Both the position numbers and the translations under genes were made by a program. Below are positions 1 through 8,602 of a stretch of DNA of 17,315 nt, piece after piece. This DNA comes from Deltaproteobacteria bacterium. GTDB lineage: Bacteria; Desulfobacterota; Binatia; UBA9968. How positions within the stretch are numbered: the stretch's first letter is position 1; every line of letters begins with the position of its first letter. The stretch is taken from the NCBI GenBank assembly GCA_030688735.1, contig JAUYJC010000392.1, positions 1 to 17,315 on the forward strand, in the 5' to 3' direction. The notes under the pieces were generated by a model that saw nothing but the letters and a program-made list of their open reading frames with translations, did no database searches and had not been told where the DNA came from.

Positions 1-1314
1 CATTTCCCCCTTGGCCCGCTGCTCCGGCGGTATGCGCGGATCGAGCGGCGTGGACCAGGCATTGTGAATGATGTCGATGGAAGTTGCCGGGTCCGACCGG
101 GTGATCATCGCCCAGACCACCTCTTCCAGATTCGACACATCGATATCGTCATCGACGACCACGACATATTTGCCGGCATAGGCGCCGACGTGGCACTGCG
201 AGGCAACGTGGCCGACCTGGACGGCGTGGCCTGCGTAGCGCTGCTCGATGGCGATGCAGAGCAGCATCCTGGTGTTGCCGATCTCGGCGGCCCAGGCGGC
301 CTTGATGCCGGAAAGGCCGGCCTTCTCTAGCGCCTGTTTCAGCAGGCCGGAGCGCAGGATCGCCCGGTAACGGGCGATTTCATCGGGTGGCCGCTGCGGT
401 GGGCAGCCGAGCATGATCGGTTTGTTGCGATAGTAAATCGCCTTGACGTCCATGAAAGGCTCGTCGCGCAGACCGCTGCCGTAGTAGCCGGTCCATTCGC
501 CGAAAGGACCCTCGGGTTTCCGCTTTGCCGGATCGATGAATCCTTCCAGCACAATCTCGGCGTTGGCGGGTATCGGCAAACCGGTCACCTTGCCTTTTAT
601 TACTTGGTAGGGCTTGCCGCGCAGCCCGCCGGCGACGTCATATTCGCATAGGCCGTAGGGAATCTCGCTGCACGTCAGTAGAAAGAGCAACGGATCACCG
701 CCGACGACAATGGCCGCCGGCATCGGTTGTTGGCGGGCGATGTATTTGTCGCGATGCACCCGGCCATGCTTGCCAGGGGAAATATAAAAGCCGACGCTCT
801 TTTCATCTTGGACCATGACACGATAGGTGCCCAGGTTGATCCAGTCTTCGTCCGGGTCGCGGGTGATGTTATAGCTCCCGGTGCCGATATAGCGCCCGCC
901 GTCCAACTCATGCCATTGGGGCGAGGGAAACTGCAGCACGTTGACATCGTCCCCCATCTTGACGTTCTCCAAGATCGGTCCGTCGTCGACAAACTCGTAA
1001 GGGATGGGCTTGGCTTCCTGAAAGGCTTTGGAGAAGGCTTCGGACAACTGGACGTTGTTCAATCCGGACGGCAGCCCCAGCGTCATATTTTTGCGCCGTC
1101 CGCCGAAGAAATTCACCAGCACCCGATGGCCGTCGGGGTAGCCCGGAATCTTGTCGAAGATGACCGCCGGCGCCGGATCGCGGCGGTTGAGCAATTCGGA
1201 CGCCATGCCGATCTCTTCCTGCCACGACGCACCTTCCACACCGCGAATCTCGCCCACCTCGCCGGCCAGATCTATCCAGCTCCGTAAATCATGGTAAGGA
1301 ATTTCTAGCTTCAT
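1..1314 (-). CDS. UbiD-family (prenylated-FMN-dependent) decarboxylase, 5' portion with start codon; the C-terminal part lies beyond the window start
   Basis: The minus-strand frame is open across all of 1..1314. The ORF track omits it because no stop falls inside the window. ATG is the reverse complement of 1312-1314, and GGAGGA (reverse complement of about 1320-1325) lies about 6 nt upstream. My manual translation begins MKLEIPYHDLRSWIDLAGEVGEIRGVEGASWQEEIGMASELLNRRDPAPAVIFDKIPGYPDGHRVLVNFFG. It contains GGDPLLFL, EYDVAGGLRGKPYQV and EIVLEGFIDP...PEGPFGEWTGYYG, which match the conserved UbiD/VdcC blocks. For comparison, E. coli UbiD has PEGPYGDHTGYY. The track's plus-strand ORFs 64..330 and 727..1287 are antisense artefacts. 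Confidence 0.8.
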   Translation of the reverse strand, partial: MKLEIPYHDLRSWIDLAGEVGEIRGVEGASWQEEIGMASELLNRRDPAPAVIFDKIPGYPDGHRVLVNFFGGRRKNMTLGLPSGLNNVQLSEAFSKAFQEAKPIPYEFVDDGPILENVKMGDDVNVLQFPSPQWHELDGGRYIGTGSYNITRDPDEDWINLGTYRVMVQDEKSVGFYISPGKHGRVHRDKYIARQQPMPAAIVVGGDPLLFLLTCSEIPYGLCEYDVAGGLRGKPYQVIKGKVTGLPIPANAEIVLEGFIDPAKRKPEGPFGEWTGYYGSGLRDEPFMDVKAIYYRNKPIMLGCPPQRPPDEIARYRAILRSGLLKQALEKAGLSGIKAAWAAEIGNTRMLLCIAIEQRYAGHAVQVGHVASQCHVGAYAGKYVVVVDDDIDVSNLEEVVWAMITRSDPATSIDIIHNAWSTPLDPRIPPEQRAKGEM

Positions 1315-1781
1315 GGTTTCCTCCTGTGGAATTTAGTTTTTCAAAGTTGATTGCAGGTCTATCTCGGTTCCCCAAGGCGCGCGACGGTTTCCTGATCAAG
1401 GACATAACAGATCATCCCAGGAAAGCCAAAGGAATCGGATGGCTAAAAGGCGCGGACCTAATACAAACGTATTAAGTAACGTTACCTGCTCAGGGAAGAA
1501 AGCCTTCGGACCGGGAGCGATGGGCCTCTACCTCGAACGCCACCCGCGCCAACCCCTTAGGCTGTTTATTCCGACGGTCTGGGCCTGGGATGATCTTCGC
1601 GTTCCTGCGCTCCCGGTTTCTCAGTCTTCCTTCCCCTCGCCAAAATCTAAAGGTAACATCGTTAAAGACGTATGTATTAGTTCGGCGTGGGTGCGTCCGC
1701 GACTCTTGTTGCAGCGCGGGCGGCGATGCTTTATAAATTACGGTTAAGATCTGTTTTCTGGAAAGGATAAGGTAACGGAGC

Positions 1782-2960
1782 GTGGAATTTCAGCGCATCA
1801 AGCGGCTGCCGCCGTATGTTTTCAGCATCATCGACGGCATGAAGATGGAGGCGCGCCACCGGGGCGAAGACATCGTTGACTTCGGCATGGGCAACCCCGA
1901 TTTGCCGACGCCGCCCCACGTGGTCGCCAAGCTGGTCGAAGCCGCCGCCAAGCCGGCGAACCATCGCTACTCCGTGTCCCGTGGCATTTATAAGCTGCGC
2001 CTCGCGATTTGCGACTGGTACCGGCGCCGCTATGACATTGTACTCGATCCCGACAACGAAGCGATCGTCACCATCGGCGCCAAAGAAGGGATTTCCCACC
2101 TCGCCTGGGCGACGATCGACCCCGGCGATGTGGTGCTCTGCCCGAGCCCGACCTATCCGATCCACCAATACGCGGTGATTCTTGCCGGCGGCGACTTGCG
2201 CTGTATTCCGCTTACGACCAGTGAAGACTTCTTCGGGCATCTGGAAGAAGCGATCAAGCAGACCTGGCCGAAGCCTAAAATGCTGATCATCAGCTTTCCT
2301 CACAATCCGACCACCGAAGTCGTCGAGCTGGATTTTTTCGAGCGCATCGTTAAAGCCGCCCAGGAGCATGGCTTCATCGTGGTCCACGATCTCGCTTACG
2401 CCGATCTGACGTTTGACGGCTACCACGCGCCGAGCTTTCTCCAGGTGCCGGGAGCCAAGGATGTGGGCGTTGAGTTCTTCTCGCTGTCGAAGAGCTACAA
2501 CATGCCGGGCTGGCGCGTCGGCTTTTGCGTCGGCAATCGGGAAATCATCCACGCGCTGGCGCGGATCAAGAGCTATCTCGACTACGGAATTTTTCAGCCG
2601 ATCCAGATCGCCGCGATTCAGGCTTTGAACGGACCGCAGGACTGCGTCGAGGAGATTCGCCTGATGTACCAGAAGCGCCGCGATTCATTGGTTGACGGTC
2701 TGGAGCGCGCGGGATGGCATATCAAGAAGCCGAAGGGAACGATGTTCGTCTGGGCGGAGTTGCCGGAGCCGGCCAAGAAGATAGGCTCGGTGGAATTTTC
2801 CAAGTTCCTGTTGCAGGAAGCTAAGGTCGCGGTATCTCCCGGCATCGGCTTCGGCCAGTACGGCGACGATCACGTGCGTTTCGCTTTGATCGAAAACGAG
2901 CACCGCACCAAGCAGGCGGTGCGCAACATCAAGCGCGCCCTGGGCAAACTGCTCGACTAA
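1782..2960 (+). CDS. class I/II PLP-dependent aminotransferase, AlaC(YfdZ)-like alanine/aspartate aminotransferase
   Basis: A 392-aa ORF with a GTG start at 1782, preceded by GGAG about 4 nt upstream. The N-terminus [44 protein letters not shown]...HRYSVSRGI...[15 protein letters not shown] closely tracks E. coli AlaC/YfdZ (RIDRLPPYVFNI..AELKMAARRRGEDIIDFSMGNPDG..PPHIV). [15 protein letters not shown] holds the PLP lysine in the canonical fold-type I SxSK context. Confidence 0.9.
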   Translation: MEFQRIKRLPPYVFSIIDGMKMEARHRGEDIVDFGMGNPDLPTPPHVVAKLVEAAAKPANHRYSVSRGIYKLRLAICDWYRRRYDIVLDPDNEAIVTIGAKEGISHLAWATIDPGDVVLCPSPTYPIHQYAVILAGGDLRCIPLTTSEDFFGHLEEAIKQTWPKPKMLIISFPHNPTTEVVELDFFERIVKAAQEHGFIVVHDLAYADLTFDGYHAPSFLQVPGAKDVGVEFFSLSKSYNMPGWRVGFCVGNREIIHALARIKSYLDYGIFQPIQIAAIQALNGPQDCVEEIRLMYQKRRDSLVDGLERAGWHIKKPKGTMFVWAELPEPAKKIGSVEFSKFLLQEAKVAVSPGIGFGQYGDDHVRFALIENEHRTKQAVRNIKRALGKLLD

Positions 2961-3001
2961 CGCGAGCCGCGCGCAAAAATTCTTAGCGGCCAACAAGCAC
3001 C

Positions 3002-4390
3002 ATGGCATCAAGTAAAACACGCCAAAAAGTCGGCGTCGGGCTTCTCGGATCGGGAGTGGTCGGCGAAGCGATTCAGGATATTTTATTTCACGAACCCCGA
3101 GGCGCGGCCACGGAGATCGAACTGCACAAGATTTACACGCGGAATCCGACGGGCAAGAAATGGCACGCAAGGCGGGCGGCGCTTTTCGCGACCAAAGCCG
3201 AAGAAGTAATCGACGATCCACGAGTGGAAATCGTCATCGAATCCTTGGGGCATCAGGAGCCGACCGAGCTCGCGGCCTTTCGCGATTACATCCTGCGCGC
3301 CTTGGAAAAAGGCAAATCCGTGGTCACCTCGGATAAGGCGGTGCTGGCGCGCTACGGCAAAGAAATCTGGGCGGCGGCGGAAAAGAGCGGCCGGCAAGTG
3401 CGCTTCGAAGCCTGCGTCGGCGGCGGCATCCCGATCATTCGGTCGCTCAGCGAAAGTTTCGCGGTGGAAGAACCGGAGGCGGTCTTCGGCATCGTCAACG
3501 GGACCTGCAATTATATTCTTTCCCAAATGGAGAAAGGCGGCAAAACCTACGGCGAAGCGCTCAAAGAGGCGCAGCAGAGAGGCTACGCCGAGACCAACCC
3601 TGCCGCCGATGTCGACGGCAGCGACGCCGAAGCCAAGCTCTTGCTCTTGAGCCGGGTCGCCTTCGGTTTGGAAATCCAACCCGGTGCCATCTGGCGCAAA
3701 GGGATCGAGCAGATCCATGCGGTGGATTTTCGCTATGCGGCTCGAACCGGCGCGAGCACGATCAAGCAGTTGGCGGTGGCGAAACGCAACGGCGCGAGCG
3801 TCGAAGTTTTTGTCTCGCCGGTGCTGCTGGCGCGGGACAATTTGCTTGCCGACATCGACGGCGCCACCAACGCCATCTGCTTTGCGGGCGGGCGCAGCGG
3901 CGGGGCGCGCGGTGGGCGCGACTGCGACTACGTTCTGGTCGGTCCCGGCGCCGGGGGCGGGCCGACGGCGGTCGCCGTGCTCGGCGACGTTTACGAATTG
4001 GCGCGCGGCGGGCCGAATGGGTTTCGTGGTTTTCCGAACTTGGTAGCCCCGGGCACTTTGAGCGTGCAACCGGAAGATGAGATCAAAGGTTCTTTCTATA
4101 TCCGCTTTATCGTCAAAGACCGGGCCGGCATCGTCGGTGATATCGGGCAGACCTTCGGACGCTTGCACGTGAACATATCCGAGATTTGGCAGTTGAAACA
4201 CAGCGAAGAGGAGCGGCGCAGCCTGACCCAGAGTTACAGTCTCAAGGAAAAGCCGAGCGAGATTCTGCCGTTCGTGATCACGCTGGAAAACGCCACTGTG
4301 CGGCAGATGCGCGAGGCTCTGGATTCCATCCGCGATCGGGACTATATCCTTGTCGAGCCGGTTTGGTTTCCGATCTGGGGAACGAAGTGA
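3002..4390 (+). CDS. hom: homoserine dehydrogenase with C-terminal ACT domain
   Basis: A 462-aa ORF. The N-terminal Rossmann motif is KVGVGLLGSGVVGEAI. The catalytic region EACVGGGIPIIRSL...GIVNGTCNYIL...GYAETNPAADVDGSDAEAKLLLLSRVAFG is typical of Hom. The C-terminal FYIRFIVKDRAGIVGDIGQTFGRLHVNISEIWQ is an ACT-like regulatory domain. Confidence 0.9.
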   Translation: MASSKTRQKVGVGLLGSGVVGEAIQDILFHEPRGAATEIELHKIYTRNPTGKKWHARRAALFATKAEEVIDDPRVEIVIESLGHQEPTELAAFRDYILRALEKGKSVVTSDKAVLARYGKEIWAAAEKSGRQVRFEACVGGGIPIIRSLSESFAVEEPEAVFGIVNGTCNYILSQMEKGGKTYGEALKEAQQRGYAETNPAADVDGSDAEAKLLLLSRVAFGLEIQPGAIWRKGIEQIHAVDFRYAARTGASTIKQLAVAKRNGASVEVFVSPVLLARDNLLADIDGATNAICFAGGRSGGARGGRDCDYVLVGPGAGGGPTAVAVLGDVYELARGGPNGFRGFPNLVAPGTLSVQPEDEIKGSFYIRFIVKDRAGIVGDIGQTFGRLHVNISEIWQLKHSEEERRSLTQSYSLKEKPSEILPFVITLENATVRQMREALDSIRDRDYILVEPVWFPIWGTK

Positions 4391-4405
4391 GCCGCGTCAC
4401 TTACG

Positions 4406-4463
4406 GTTCAAGGTTCCAGGTTCAAAGTTCAAGGTGGGGAGCGGGGACGTTGAACATTGAACT
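4406..4463. repeat. heptamer array GTTCAAG-GTTCCAG-GTTCAAA-GTTCAAG followed by inverted GTTGAAC-ATTGAAC units; an imperfect hairpin 16 nt 3' of the hom stop
   Basis: Read directly from the sequence. Four contiguous 7-bp direct units occupy 4406-4433. The reverse-complement units sit at 4450-4463 after a G-rich spacer. Confidence 0.7.
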
Positions 4464-4505
4464 GAGACGGACGCGCTGGGAAAGCTTTAAGGCGGAATTG
4501 GAAGT

Positions 4506-5726
4506 GTGAAGTACATAATCCTACAGGGCGACGGCATGGCGGATTACCCGCTGGAGGTTCTCGACGGCAGGACGCCGCTCGAGGCCGCCCGGACGCCGAA
4601 CATGGATTGGCTCGCCGTCCACGGTGTTTTCGGCCTGGCCCATGTGATTCCTAACGGCTTTCCACCCGGCAGTGACGTCGGCAACATGAGCATCATGGGC
4701 TACGACCCGGCGGTGTATCACACCGGGCGGTCGCCGTTGGAAGCCGCCAGCATGGGCATCGCTCTCGGACCGCGCGACATCGCTTTTCGCTGCAATCTAG
4801 TTACCCTCGGCGGCAGCGACGGCGATCCCTTCATGGAGGATTTCACATCGGGCCATATAACTACCGAGGAAGCGGCGGAGCTGATTCGTGACATCGGGCA
4901 AAAAATCGGCGGCGACGGGATCGAGTTTTTCCCCGGGGTGAGCTACCGTCATCTAATGGTTTGGCGCGACGGCAAAGAAAAAATGGAAACCACGCCGCCG
5001 CACGATATCACGGATCAAAAAGTCTCGGCCTATATGCCCAAGGGCGAAGGCGCCGAGCGGCTGTTGCGCCTCATGGAAGCTTCGCGGCCGACTCTCGCCG
5101 CTCACCCGGTGAACAAGAAACGTCAGGCAGAGGGCCGCCGTCCGGCGACGACGATCTGGCTTTGGGGGCAGGGCCGAGCGCCGGCGCTGCCGTCGCTCGC
5201 CGAGCGCTTCGGCATCAAGGGCGGCGTGATCTCCGCTGTGGACATCATCAACGGCTTGGGCGTGTACGCCGGGCTGGAACGGATTCATGTGCCCGGCATC
5301 ACCGGCTTTTTCGACACCAATTATCGCGGCAAGGGCGAATACGGCGTCGCTTCGCTGGAAAAAAACGATTTCGTTTTCATCCACGTCGAAGCCATCGACG
5401 AGGCGGGACATATGGGCGACGTGGAGAAAAAAATCCAGGCGCTGGAAGATTTCGACGAAAAAGTGGTCGGCACCGTGCTCCAAAGAATGGCGCAGCGAAA
5501 AGATTGGCGCGTGCTGCTGATGCCCGATCATCCGACGTCGATCGCGCTCAAGACCCATGTCGCCGAGCCGGTGCCGTTCGCGCTCTATTCGGCCGAGGCG
5601 CCCCGTCAGAACGGCGCGGTGGGTTACAATGAAAAGGACGCGGCCGCCACCGGCATCGTAGCGAAGCAGGCATACCGGCTCATTGAATCGCTCATCGAAG
5701 GGAGACCCACGTGGACCGAAATTTAG
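4506..5726 (+). CDS. ApgM/COG3635-family alkaline-phosphatase-superfamily metalloenzyme (cofactor-independent phosphoglycerate-mutase-like); candidate non-canonical homoserine kinase
   Basis: A 406-aa ORF with a GTG start. The N-terminus MKYIILQGDGMADYP and the later FIHVEAIDEAGHMGD and LLMPDHPT are the metal-ligand motifs of the archaeal-type iPGM (ApgM) family. It lies directly downstream of hom and overlaps glpX by 16 nt. Confidence 0.85.
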   Translation: MKYIILQGDGMADYPLEVLDGRTPLEAARTPNMDWLAVHGVFGLAHVIPNGFPPGSDVGNMSIMGYDPAVYHTGRSPLEAASMGIALGPRDIAFRCNLVTLGGSDGDPFMEDFTSGHITTEEAAELIRDIGQKIGGDGIEFFPGVSYRHLMVWRDGKEKMETTPPHDITDQKVSAYMPKGEGAERLLRLMEASRPTLAAHPVNKKRQAEGRRPATTIWLWGQGRAPALPSLAERFGIKGGVISAVDIINGLGVYAGLERIHVPGITGFFDTNYRGKGEYGVASLEKNDFVFIHVEAIDEAGHMGDVEKKIQALEDFDEKVVGTVLQRMAQRKDWRVLLMPDHPTSIALKTHVAEPVPFALYSAEAPRQNGAVGYNEKDAAATGIVAKQAYRLIESLIEGRPTWTEI

Positions 5727-6661
5727 CACTGGAAGCCGTGCGTGTAACCGAAGCGGCGGCGTTGAATTGCGCCCGGCTGACAGGCCGCGGCGATGAAAAA
5801 GCGGCGGACCAGGCGGCGGTGGACGCGATGCGCAAGGCGTTCGATTCGCTTCCCATTGACGGCACAGTGGTGATAGGGGAAGGGGAGCGCGACGAAGCGC
5901 CGATGCTCTACATCGGCGAGAAGGTCGGCTCGGGCGGCCCCAAGGTCGATATCGCGCTTGATCCGCTCGAAGGCACGACCATCTGCGCCACGGGAGGGCC
6001 CAACGCGCTCGCTGTCATCGCGATGGCCGATGGCGGCAACTTGCTCCATTGCCCGGATACCTACATGGAAAAGATCGCCGTTGGCCCCGCGGGAAAGGGA
6101 GTCGTCGATCTCGACAAGACGCCGACGGAGAATCTGCGGGCGCTGGCCGAGGCGAAACGATGTCGAGTCGAGGATCTTACGGTGATCATTCTTTTTCGTC
6201 CCAGACATGAAGCGCTCATCAGCGAAGTGCGCCAGGCCGGCGCACGCATCCGTCTGATCGGCGACGGCGACGTCTCCGCGGCCATCGCGACTACGAAGCC
6301 GGAAACCGGTATCGATCTCCTGCTCGGCATCGGCGGCGCGCCGGAAGGTGTGCTGGCTGCGGCGGCGCTGCGCTGCGCCGGCGGCGAGTTTCAGGGACGG
6401 CTGGCGCCGCGCAACAACGAGGAGATCGAGCGGGCGAAAAAGATGGGCGTCACCGACATCAAGAAAAAATTTAAGATCGACGAGCTTGCCCGCGGTGATG
6501 TCATGTTCGCGGCTACCGGCGTGACCGACGGCGACTATCTCCAGGGCGTGCATTTTTTCGCCGGCGGCGCCACCACCCAATCCGTGGTCATGCGCTCCCG
6601 AAGCCGCACCGTCCGGCTCATCAACGCCACGCACTACTTCGACCACAAGCCAAGTTATTGA
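5711..6661 (+). CDS. glpX: class II fructose-1,6-bisphosphatase (GlpX family)
   Basis: A 316-aa ORF. [40 protein letters not shown]...[24 protein letters not shown]...[11 protein letters not shown]...[19 protein letters not shown] aligns almost motif-for-motif with E. coli GlpX ([55 protein letters not shown]). The start at 5711 overlaps the upstream stop, which indicates translational coupling. Confidence 0.9.
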   Translation: [316 protein letters not shown]

Positions 6662-6666
6662 GTCAC

Positions 6667-6738
6667 GTTCAAGGTTCAAAGTTCAAGGTCCGCTGCTCCG
6701 GATCTGAAACGTTGAACCTTGAACCTTGAACTTTGAAC
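6667..6738. repeat. heptamer array GTTCAAG-GTTCAAA-GTTCAAG, a 23-nt loop, then four inverted units (GTTGAAC CTTGAAC CTTGAAC TTTGAAC); a long imperfect hairpin 6 nt 3' of the glpX stop
   Basis: Read directly from the sequence. It belongs to the same heptamer family as 4406-4463 and 17113-17148. No U-tract follows it, so it is not a canonical intrinsic terminator. Confidence 0.75.
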
Positions 6739-6748
6739 GGACTTCACA

Positions 6749-7018
6749 GTGGCCCGAAAGACAAGAAAAACGTATCGTTGGATCCGGTCGCTTGTTCTTT
6801 TTGTCATGACGCCGATCATTATCTGGACTCTCGCCTTCGTGATCTGGTTCTTCTGGCGCGACATCACTAGGTTGTTCGACATGCAAGGTCCCGCGACGAC
6901 ACGCCCCGGAGATTCACGAGAAATTGGCAGAACCCAGCCGCGGCGGGAAAATAAGTCTCGGGAAAAAATTCCGGAAGAGGATCGGCGAAAGCTCGACGAG
7001 ATTCTTAAGAATCGGTGA
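6749..7018 (+). CDS. hypothetical small membrane protein (one TM helix, positive-inside N-terminus, charged C-terminal tail)
   Basis: An 89-aa ORF with a GTG start. RKTRKTYRWIRS is followed by a clean 22-residue hydrophobic helix LVLFVMTPIIIWTLAFVIWFFW, then a K/R/E-rich tail. The opposite-strand ORFs here are Arg/Ser-rich junk. I recognise no homology to a named family. Confidence 0.35.
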   Translation: MARKTRKTYRWIRSLVLFVMTPIIIWTLAFVIWFFWRDITRLFDMQGPATTRPGDSREIGRTQPRRENKSREKIPEEDRRKLDEILKNR

Positions 7019-7077
7019 GCCAAGCTAAATTGTCAACGGCTGCCGGATCGCAAGCCGCTGACGGCTGCTCCAATGTA

Positions 7078-7216
7078 GATTCCGCTGAAAAAGTCCCATT
7101 CCAAGAATCAGGAGAAAATATTTCACTCACCGAAGCTCTGTAACGCACGATCGGAGCTTGGTTAATGATTTTCTTCGTCCCGAATTTTTGTGACTAGGGG
7201 GTTTTTCAGCGGAATC
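7078..7216. repeat. perfect 15-bp inverted repeat (GATTCCGCTGAAAAA / TTTTTCAGCGGAATC) enclosing about 109 bp, with a nested small inverted repeat (CGAAGCTCTG...CGGAGCTTGG); a MITE-like or structured element
   Basis: The left arm is at 7078-7092 and the right arm at 7202-7216, and they are exact reverse complements. The element lies in the convergent intergenic region between the stop of the small ORF (7018) and the stop of the SBP gene (7262). Confidence 0.6.
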
Positions 7217-7228
7217 CAAATTCAGGCC

Positions 7229-7252
7229 TGACCCTCAACGTGACCCTCAACG
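7229..7252. repeat. tandem direct repeat TGACCCTCAACG x2
   Basis: Two exact 12-mers sit back to back, immediately 3' of the minus-strand SBP gene stop. Confidence 0.6.
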
Positions 7253-7261
7253 GTAGGCAAA

Positions 7262-8284
7262 CTACTGGTAGAAGCGCTCGATATACCCGCTTTCCTTTAG
7301 CTCACGGACTATACGCGTATCAATGAAGCGGGAAGGCTCAGATTGCATCGCTTCCGGGTTTTTCTCCGCAAGGATCTTTAACCCCGTGCGGATGGCATCC
7401 AGAGCGGGTTCTGGCACCCGCGGCAGCGCCTGAATTACGTAATTGCAACTCTCTTCTAGCGCCTCCCGCTCTTGCTCCCCGGAATATTTTCTAATCACTT
7501 TCGTCGTGAAGATTTTATCCCTGTGAATCACGGCGATCGCTTCCACATAGGCTTTCATGAATCCTCGTGCCAGATTCGGATAGGCGTCCAGCCATGATTT
7601 TCTCGCTGTCACCGCGGCCGAGTAGAAAGGAAAGCCGAGGGACAAGGGGTCAAGGAGCTGACGGAAACCAAGTCGCCGCGCTCTCGACGTCGTTGGCGGC
7701 GAAAAAAGAGCCCCGTCAATAACCCTCGCCTGCATGGCCGCCGGGGCGTTTTGAGTTCCTCCCGTCGGAACCAGGGTCACATCCCGTTTCGGGTCCAGGC
7801 CGTATTTCTGCAACAAAAAGCGCGTTGCGAAATCTGTGCTGGAACCCGGACGACTAATGCCCAATCTCCTCCCCTTTAATTGTTCCACCGTAGTAATTTC
7901 CGGAATGGTATAAAGGAAAAAGGAGGGTCGGATGACCCCGGTGGCAATAATGACAATATCTCCACCAGCGAGATTGGCCGCCATGGCAGCTTCCTGCCCT
8001 GACGAGCTTAACTGGACTTCGCCGGAGAGCATCGTCTGGACGATGATCGGGCTGGTGGCAATATAGAGCAACTCCACATCAAGTTGTTGTTTCTCAAAAA
8101 GTCCTCTCTCTTTAGCGACCCAAAGGGGAAAAAGACCCGGACCCAAAGAGCTATAAGGAATTCGGAGCCTGTGCCGAGGCGGGGCTTGGCCCTGGAGGGG
8201 CTCAAAGAGCAAAAGAGAGGAAAACAGAAAGGCGAACACTCCGATTGCGGTCCGTCGAGTTAGGCTCTTTCCGCTCATGTTCAT
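7262..8284 (-). CDS. ABC-transporter periplasmic substrate-binding protein, NMT1/SsuA/TauA-like (nitrate/sulfonate/bicarbonate family), orphan
   Basis: A 340-aa ORF. The N-terminal signal-like segment is RRTAIGVFAFLFSSLLLF. The body has the COG0715-type two-lobe pattern (WVAKERGLFEKQQLDVELLYIA..., GRRLGISRPGSSTDFATRFLLQKYGLDP..VTLVPTG). No permease or ATPase gene is adjacent. Local GC is 40-50% in sampled 60-nt windows, against about 60-62% in the flanking housekeeping genes. Confidence 0.75.
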   Translation of the reverse strand: MNMSGKSLTRRTAIGVFAFLFSSLLLFEPLQGQAPPRHRLRIPYSSLGPGLFPLWVAKERGLFEKQQLDVELLYIATSPIIVQTMLSGEVQLSSSGQEAAMAANLAGGDIVIIATGVIRPSFFLYTIPEITTVEQLKGRRLGISRPGSSTDFATRFLLQKYGLDPKRDVTLVPTGGTQNAPAAMQARVIDGALFSPPTTSRARRLGFRQLLDPLSLGFPFYSAAVTARKSWLDAYPNLARGFMKAYVEAIAVIHRDKIFTTKVIRKYSGEQEREALEESCNYVIQALPRVPEPALDAIRTGLKILAEKNPEAMQSEPSRFIDTRIVRELKESGYIERFYQ

Positions 8285-8357
8285 AACTTAGGTTCCTCCC
8301 TCCATTCCGCAGGCTCTCAGTAACCACAAGCAACCGGTCAAAAACTAAGCCACCTAA

Positions 8358-8555
8358 ATCTCGACTCGTTGCCCGCCGAAGATCTTTTACGATGACAAAG
8401 ATCGGTTGAGCTATCTTCAGAGACTGGAGTACCTTCGGGAACGCTACGGTTTTACGTTGTGCGCATATGTACTGATGCCGAACCTCGTCCATTTACTACT
8501 GGAAACCGGCAAGGTCCCGCTTGCCCCCCGTCTTCCGCTCCGATCGAACGAGTGA
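8358..8555 (+). mobile_element. degraded fragment of an IS200/IS605-family Y1 (HUH) transposase / RAYT-like TnpA (COG1943); pseudogene
   Basis: Plus-strand frame 8358..8555 (with 8391 as codon position 1) is bounded by an in-frame stop codon at each end and contains no start codon. It translates to ISTRCPPKIFYDDKDRLSYLQRLEYLRERYGFTLCAYVLMPNLVHLLLETGKVPLAPRLPLRSNE. This matches the core of Y1 transposases (..IFLDEQDYEHFLDLLAE..ERF.V.IHAYCLMTNHYHLLLET). The HUH motif N-H-x-H is mutated to N-L-V-H. Both the N-terminal beta-strand region and the C-terminal Tyr helix are missing. The track's ORF 8459..8701 is in a different frame. Confidence 0.6.
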
Positions 8556-8602
8556 AACGCAGTGACAAATCTTGCGCATTTCTTTGCTCCTTGCCGGGTC
8601 AC

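Noticed and set aside
1439-1747. A 102-aa plus-strand ORF in the 467-bp intergenic region
   Set aside because: It has no RBS, a Pro/Arg/Ser-rich composition, and no recognisable domain. It is probably non-coding leader or promoter DNA.
5723-6679. A 318-aa minus-strand ORF, and similar long ORFs at 3083..4201(-), 4953..5729(-), 13901..15058(-), 13034..13744(-), 1731..2552(-), 15466..15951(-) and 16964..17305(-)
   Set aside because: Each is fully antisense to a confidently identified gene (glpX, hom, the apgM-like gene, mutS, the aminotransferase, the amidase). All have Arg/Gly/Ala-rich low-complexity translations, which is typical of open antisense frames in high-GC DNA.
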